From Mobula hypostoma (Eukaryota), in contig NC_086108.1 of assembly GCF_963921235.1 (NCBI RefSeq), forward strand, positions 55,926,001-55,990,000: a stretch of DNA of 64,000 nt, read 5' to 3'. Positions 63,213-64,000 of this stretch are shown here, one piece after another. The position numbers and the translations under genes are program-made. The notes below the pieces were generated by a model that was given only the letters and a program-made list of their open reading frames with translations, had not been told where the DNA came from and did no database searches. Positions within the stretch are counted from its first letter, which is position 1, and each line of letters begins with the position of its first letter.

Positions 63213-63477
63213 CCTGTCTTTCCTGTCTTTTGCCTGCTTGTATAGAATGTGCTGCCATAGGGGTTTGTGGAACGAAATGCAAGCACTATACTTAAGAGAC
63301 TTTTAGACAGTCATGTAAACAAGCAAGGCATAAAAGGAGGTGGACCTAACACAGGCGAATAGATCAGTACTGAAGAGCAACACACTCAACATGGGTGATG
63401 TTGGCTAAAGGGCCTGAGCCTGTGGGGTACAACTGTGACTATAATGCAGCTTTCTAGCCTTTTTCAATATTTTCTTA

Positions 63478-63680
63478 TTTCCACTGCCTGTAAGGAGTTT
63501 GCATATTCTCCCCCATGACTGCATGTGTTTCCTCAGGGTGATCTGGTTTCCTCCCACAGTCCAAAGACGTACCGGTTGGTAGGTTAAGTAGTCATTGTAA
63601 ATTGGCCCATGATTAGGCTAGGATTAAATCGGGGATTAATGGGTGGTGCAGCTCAAAGGTCAGTACTTCTCAATAAATAC
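63478..63680 (+). mobile_element. V-SINE fragment
   Basis: GTTTCCTCAGGGTGATCTGGTTTCCTCCCACAGTCCAAAGACGT..GTCATTGTAAATTG. Confidence 0.85.
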
Positions 63681-63855
63681 ATTGTAAAGTTTTTATTTGT
63701 AACAAACAGATTTAAATAAATTATGTAAAAACAGTTATATCAATTTGATGGTTGATAATGAATATTAACTCATCTACTGAAAACATACAGGAAGTGTACC
63801 ATGCATTCTGGTGAGCAGGATACTGCAGTCGAGAATGAAAGAGAGATTCCTTTGA

Positions 63856-64000
63856 ACAAAATGCTGGACGAACTCAGCAGGTCAGGCAGCATCTATGAAA
63901 ATGAATGCATTTTGGGCCAAGACTTTTCATCTGGACGGGAAAGGAAGGGGGAAGATGCCAGAGTAAGAAGGTGGGAGGAGAAGGAGGAGGAGAAGCTGGA
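63856..64000 (-). mobile_element. Penelope 3' terminus running off the window
   Basis: Reverse complement of the 57650-57810 region. Confidence 0.8.

Overview
This is eukaryotic, repeat-dense genomic DNA. The repeat repertoire (CR1, Rex1/Babar, RTE, L2, Penelope, V-SINE, Gypsy) suggests a cartilaginous fish, probably a ray or skate; this is an inference. I could not support any host protein-coding exon, rRNA, tRNA gene or CRISPR array. Essentially every recognisable ORF in the track is a fragment of a decayed transposable element, many of them nested inside one another. Highlights: (1) A family of Penelope-terminus insertions carries minimal hammerhead-ribozyme motifs. It includes a 201-bp near-perfect palindrome (30232-30432) with a 12-bp target-site duplication (TSD) and a ribozyme core on each strand, plus older copies of the same design. 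(2) A young 560-bp non-autonomous RTE-type element with a 13-bp TSD (9563-10122) resembles, from memory, marsupial RTE-derived SINEs. (3) A Chapaev3 DNA-transposon derivative has TIRs and a 3-bp TSD (28666-29413). (4) An internally deleted two-LTR Gypsy element has a tRNA-Leu primer-binding site (46975-49783), and there are three solo LTRs. (5) A near-full-length RTE is split by a Rex1 insertion at the start of its endonuclease domain. Boundaries without a TSD are approximate, and family names come from motif recognition, not database searches.
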